DNA of 64,000 nucleotides from Asterias rubens (Eukaryota). Below the pieces are notes generated by a model. That model did no database searches. It saw only the letters and a list, made by a program, of their open reading frames with translations, and was not told where the DNA came from. The translations under genes and the position numbers were made by a program. Of this stretch, positions 62,761 to 64,000 are shown piece after piece (the first letter of the stretch is position 1; every line of letters begins with the position of its first letter). The stretch lies in the NCBI RefSeq assembly GCF_902459465.1, contig NC_047067.1, positions 18,228,001 through 18,292,000 of the forward strand, written 5' to 3'.

Positions 62761-64000
62761 TTTATGATTTATAATGTTTCTAACATTAGCAAATCCCAAA
62801 TGATCTCGTCGGACATTTACGATTGCTTACGAGTCGCCTTCCAAACGTTGCAAAGGAAGAAAACTATTAATAATGTTGGGAATTTAATTTTGGCCCATCT
62901 CCCAACGGCATACCGTGACTGCTAGGAATAGCAAGGGTTGTATACAGAACGAAAGCAGATGTCCACGCAGGTGTACTTTTTTGACAAGCGAGACGAAAGG
63001 CTTGTGACCCCAACATTTCAAAAACTCAACCTTCCTCCTACGTCACATTACGCGGTGACGTCACAAGTTATGGTCTTATGTTTGCCATGACAGTCAGGAT
63101 TCTTAAGGGCAGTGGACACTATTGGCAATTGTCAAAGACGAGCCTTCTCACTTGGTGTATATCAACATATGCATAAAATAACAAACCTGTGAAAATGTGA
63201 GCTCGATAGGTCGTCGAAGTTGCGAGATAATAATGAAAGAAAAAACACCATTGTCAGGTGAAGTTGTGTGCGTTCAGATGCTTGATTTCGAGACCTCAAA
63301 ATGACGAAAAGAATGCTTTGTTGTTGGGTGGGCTTTTTTAGGCACTGGACACTATTGGTAATTACTCAAAATAAATGTTAGCATAAAAACTTACTTGGTA
63401 ACGAGCAATGAAGAGCTGTTGATAGTAAAACATTGTGAGAAACGGCTCCCTCTAGTAACGTAGTTTTTGAGAAAGAAGTAATTTCTCACTCAAGACCTAA
63501 AACCTTTTTTAGGCATCTGAAGGTACAAAAATGTGTTTCTTCAATGGCCAATTGAGTAGACATTCCATGTAGACAATTGCCAAAGGTATACTACATCAGT
63601 GTAGGTGCAGTAAAAACAATATACTGATAATAAAATGATAAATTGCTGAAATTTGAGCTTTGAACAGCTCTCGTATCACTAATTACTACTTCAAGTTGAA
63701 TGAGTGAAATTCGTCAAATACAAATGCGATTGAAAAAACACAATAATGTTCCCCAGTCTGTTCCCATGCCTCTGATTGCGTTTGAAAAATGTGTTGTTTG
63801 TTTAGCTTTACACTTCGCAAAAAGAGAGGTTTTTAAGAAGTATGAAAACCCCTCAATGGTGAGGTGCAGCAAGGTCGTGTCACCAATCGTGCAAACTTTT
63901 CCTCTCAGTGGTTTACAACACGTACTTCGTATTTATGATTGATACCTGCCAATTACATACGTAATCATGTTTAATCATCCTCTGCGGTGGCAATTTCCCG

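Overview
This is AT-rich, intron-containing animal genomic DNA that is dominated by repeats. An invertebrate deuterostome, probably an echinoderm, is my inference only. It is not prokaryotic, and I see no CRISPR array or rRNA. Host genes: (1) two well-conserved Hikeshi (OPI10/C11orf73 family) exons on the minus strand at 25-1404, with the expected middle exon missing and a decayed duplicate exon upstream; (2) a minus-strand TTC28-like TPR pseudogene (about 4019-7792) that carries an 8-unit tandem array of splice-acceptor-plus-exon copies and is cut by a Penelope element; (3) the first coding exon of a Ras-like GTPase (RERG/RASL11/12-like) at 32625-32865, with no downstream exon recognised in the remaining 31 kb. 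Large mobile elements: a Penelope-like element (RT, GIY-YIG and a hammerhead ribozyme, about 7795-10240), a DIRS/PAT-type tyrosine-recombinase retrotransposon (gag knuckle, RT, RNase H, methyltransferase-like domain, YR; about 13725-17700), and a Sola1 DNA transposon with both ends intact (19893-27575, 26-bp TIRs, AGCT target duplication). The rest is MITEs (a TTAA/Kolobok-like family with about 20 copies, CWG/Harbinger-like, TAGAC-ended foldbacks), tRNA-derived SINEs, LINE fragments and minisatellites. The most interesting observations are: a Sola1 transposase apparently fused by splicing to a Ser/Thr/Pro/Ala-rich N-terminus built from duplicated phase-1 exons; a stand-alone minimal hammerhead with a U3-A8 core covariation; the TPR exon array; and one 35-nt sequence that recurs at three unrelated element junctions. 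All calls are by eye; no database searches were run.
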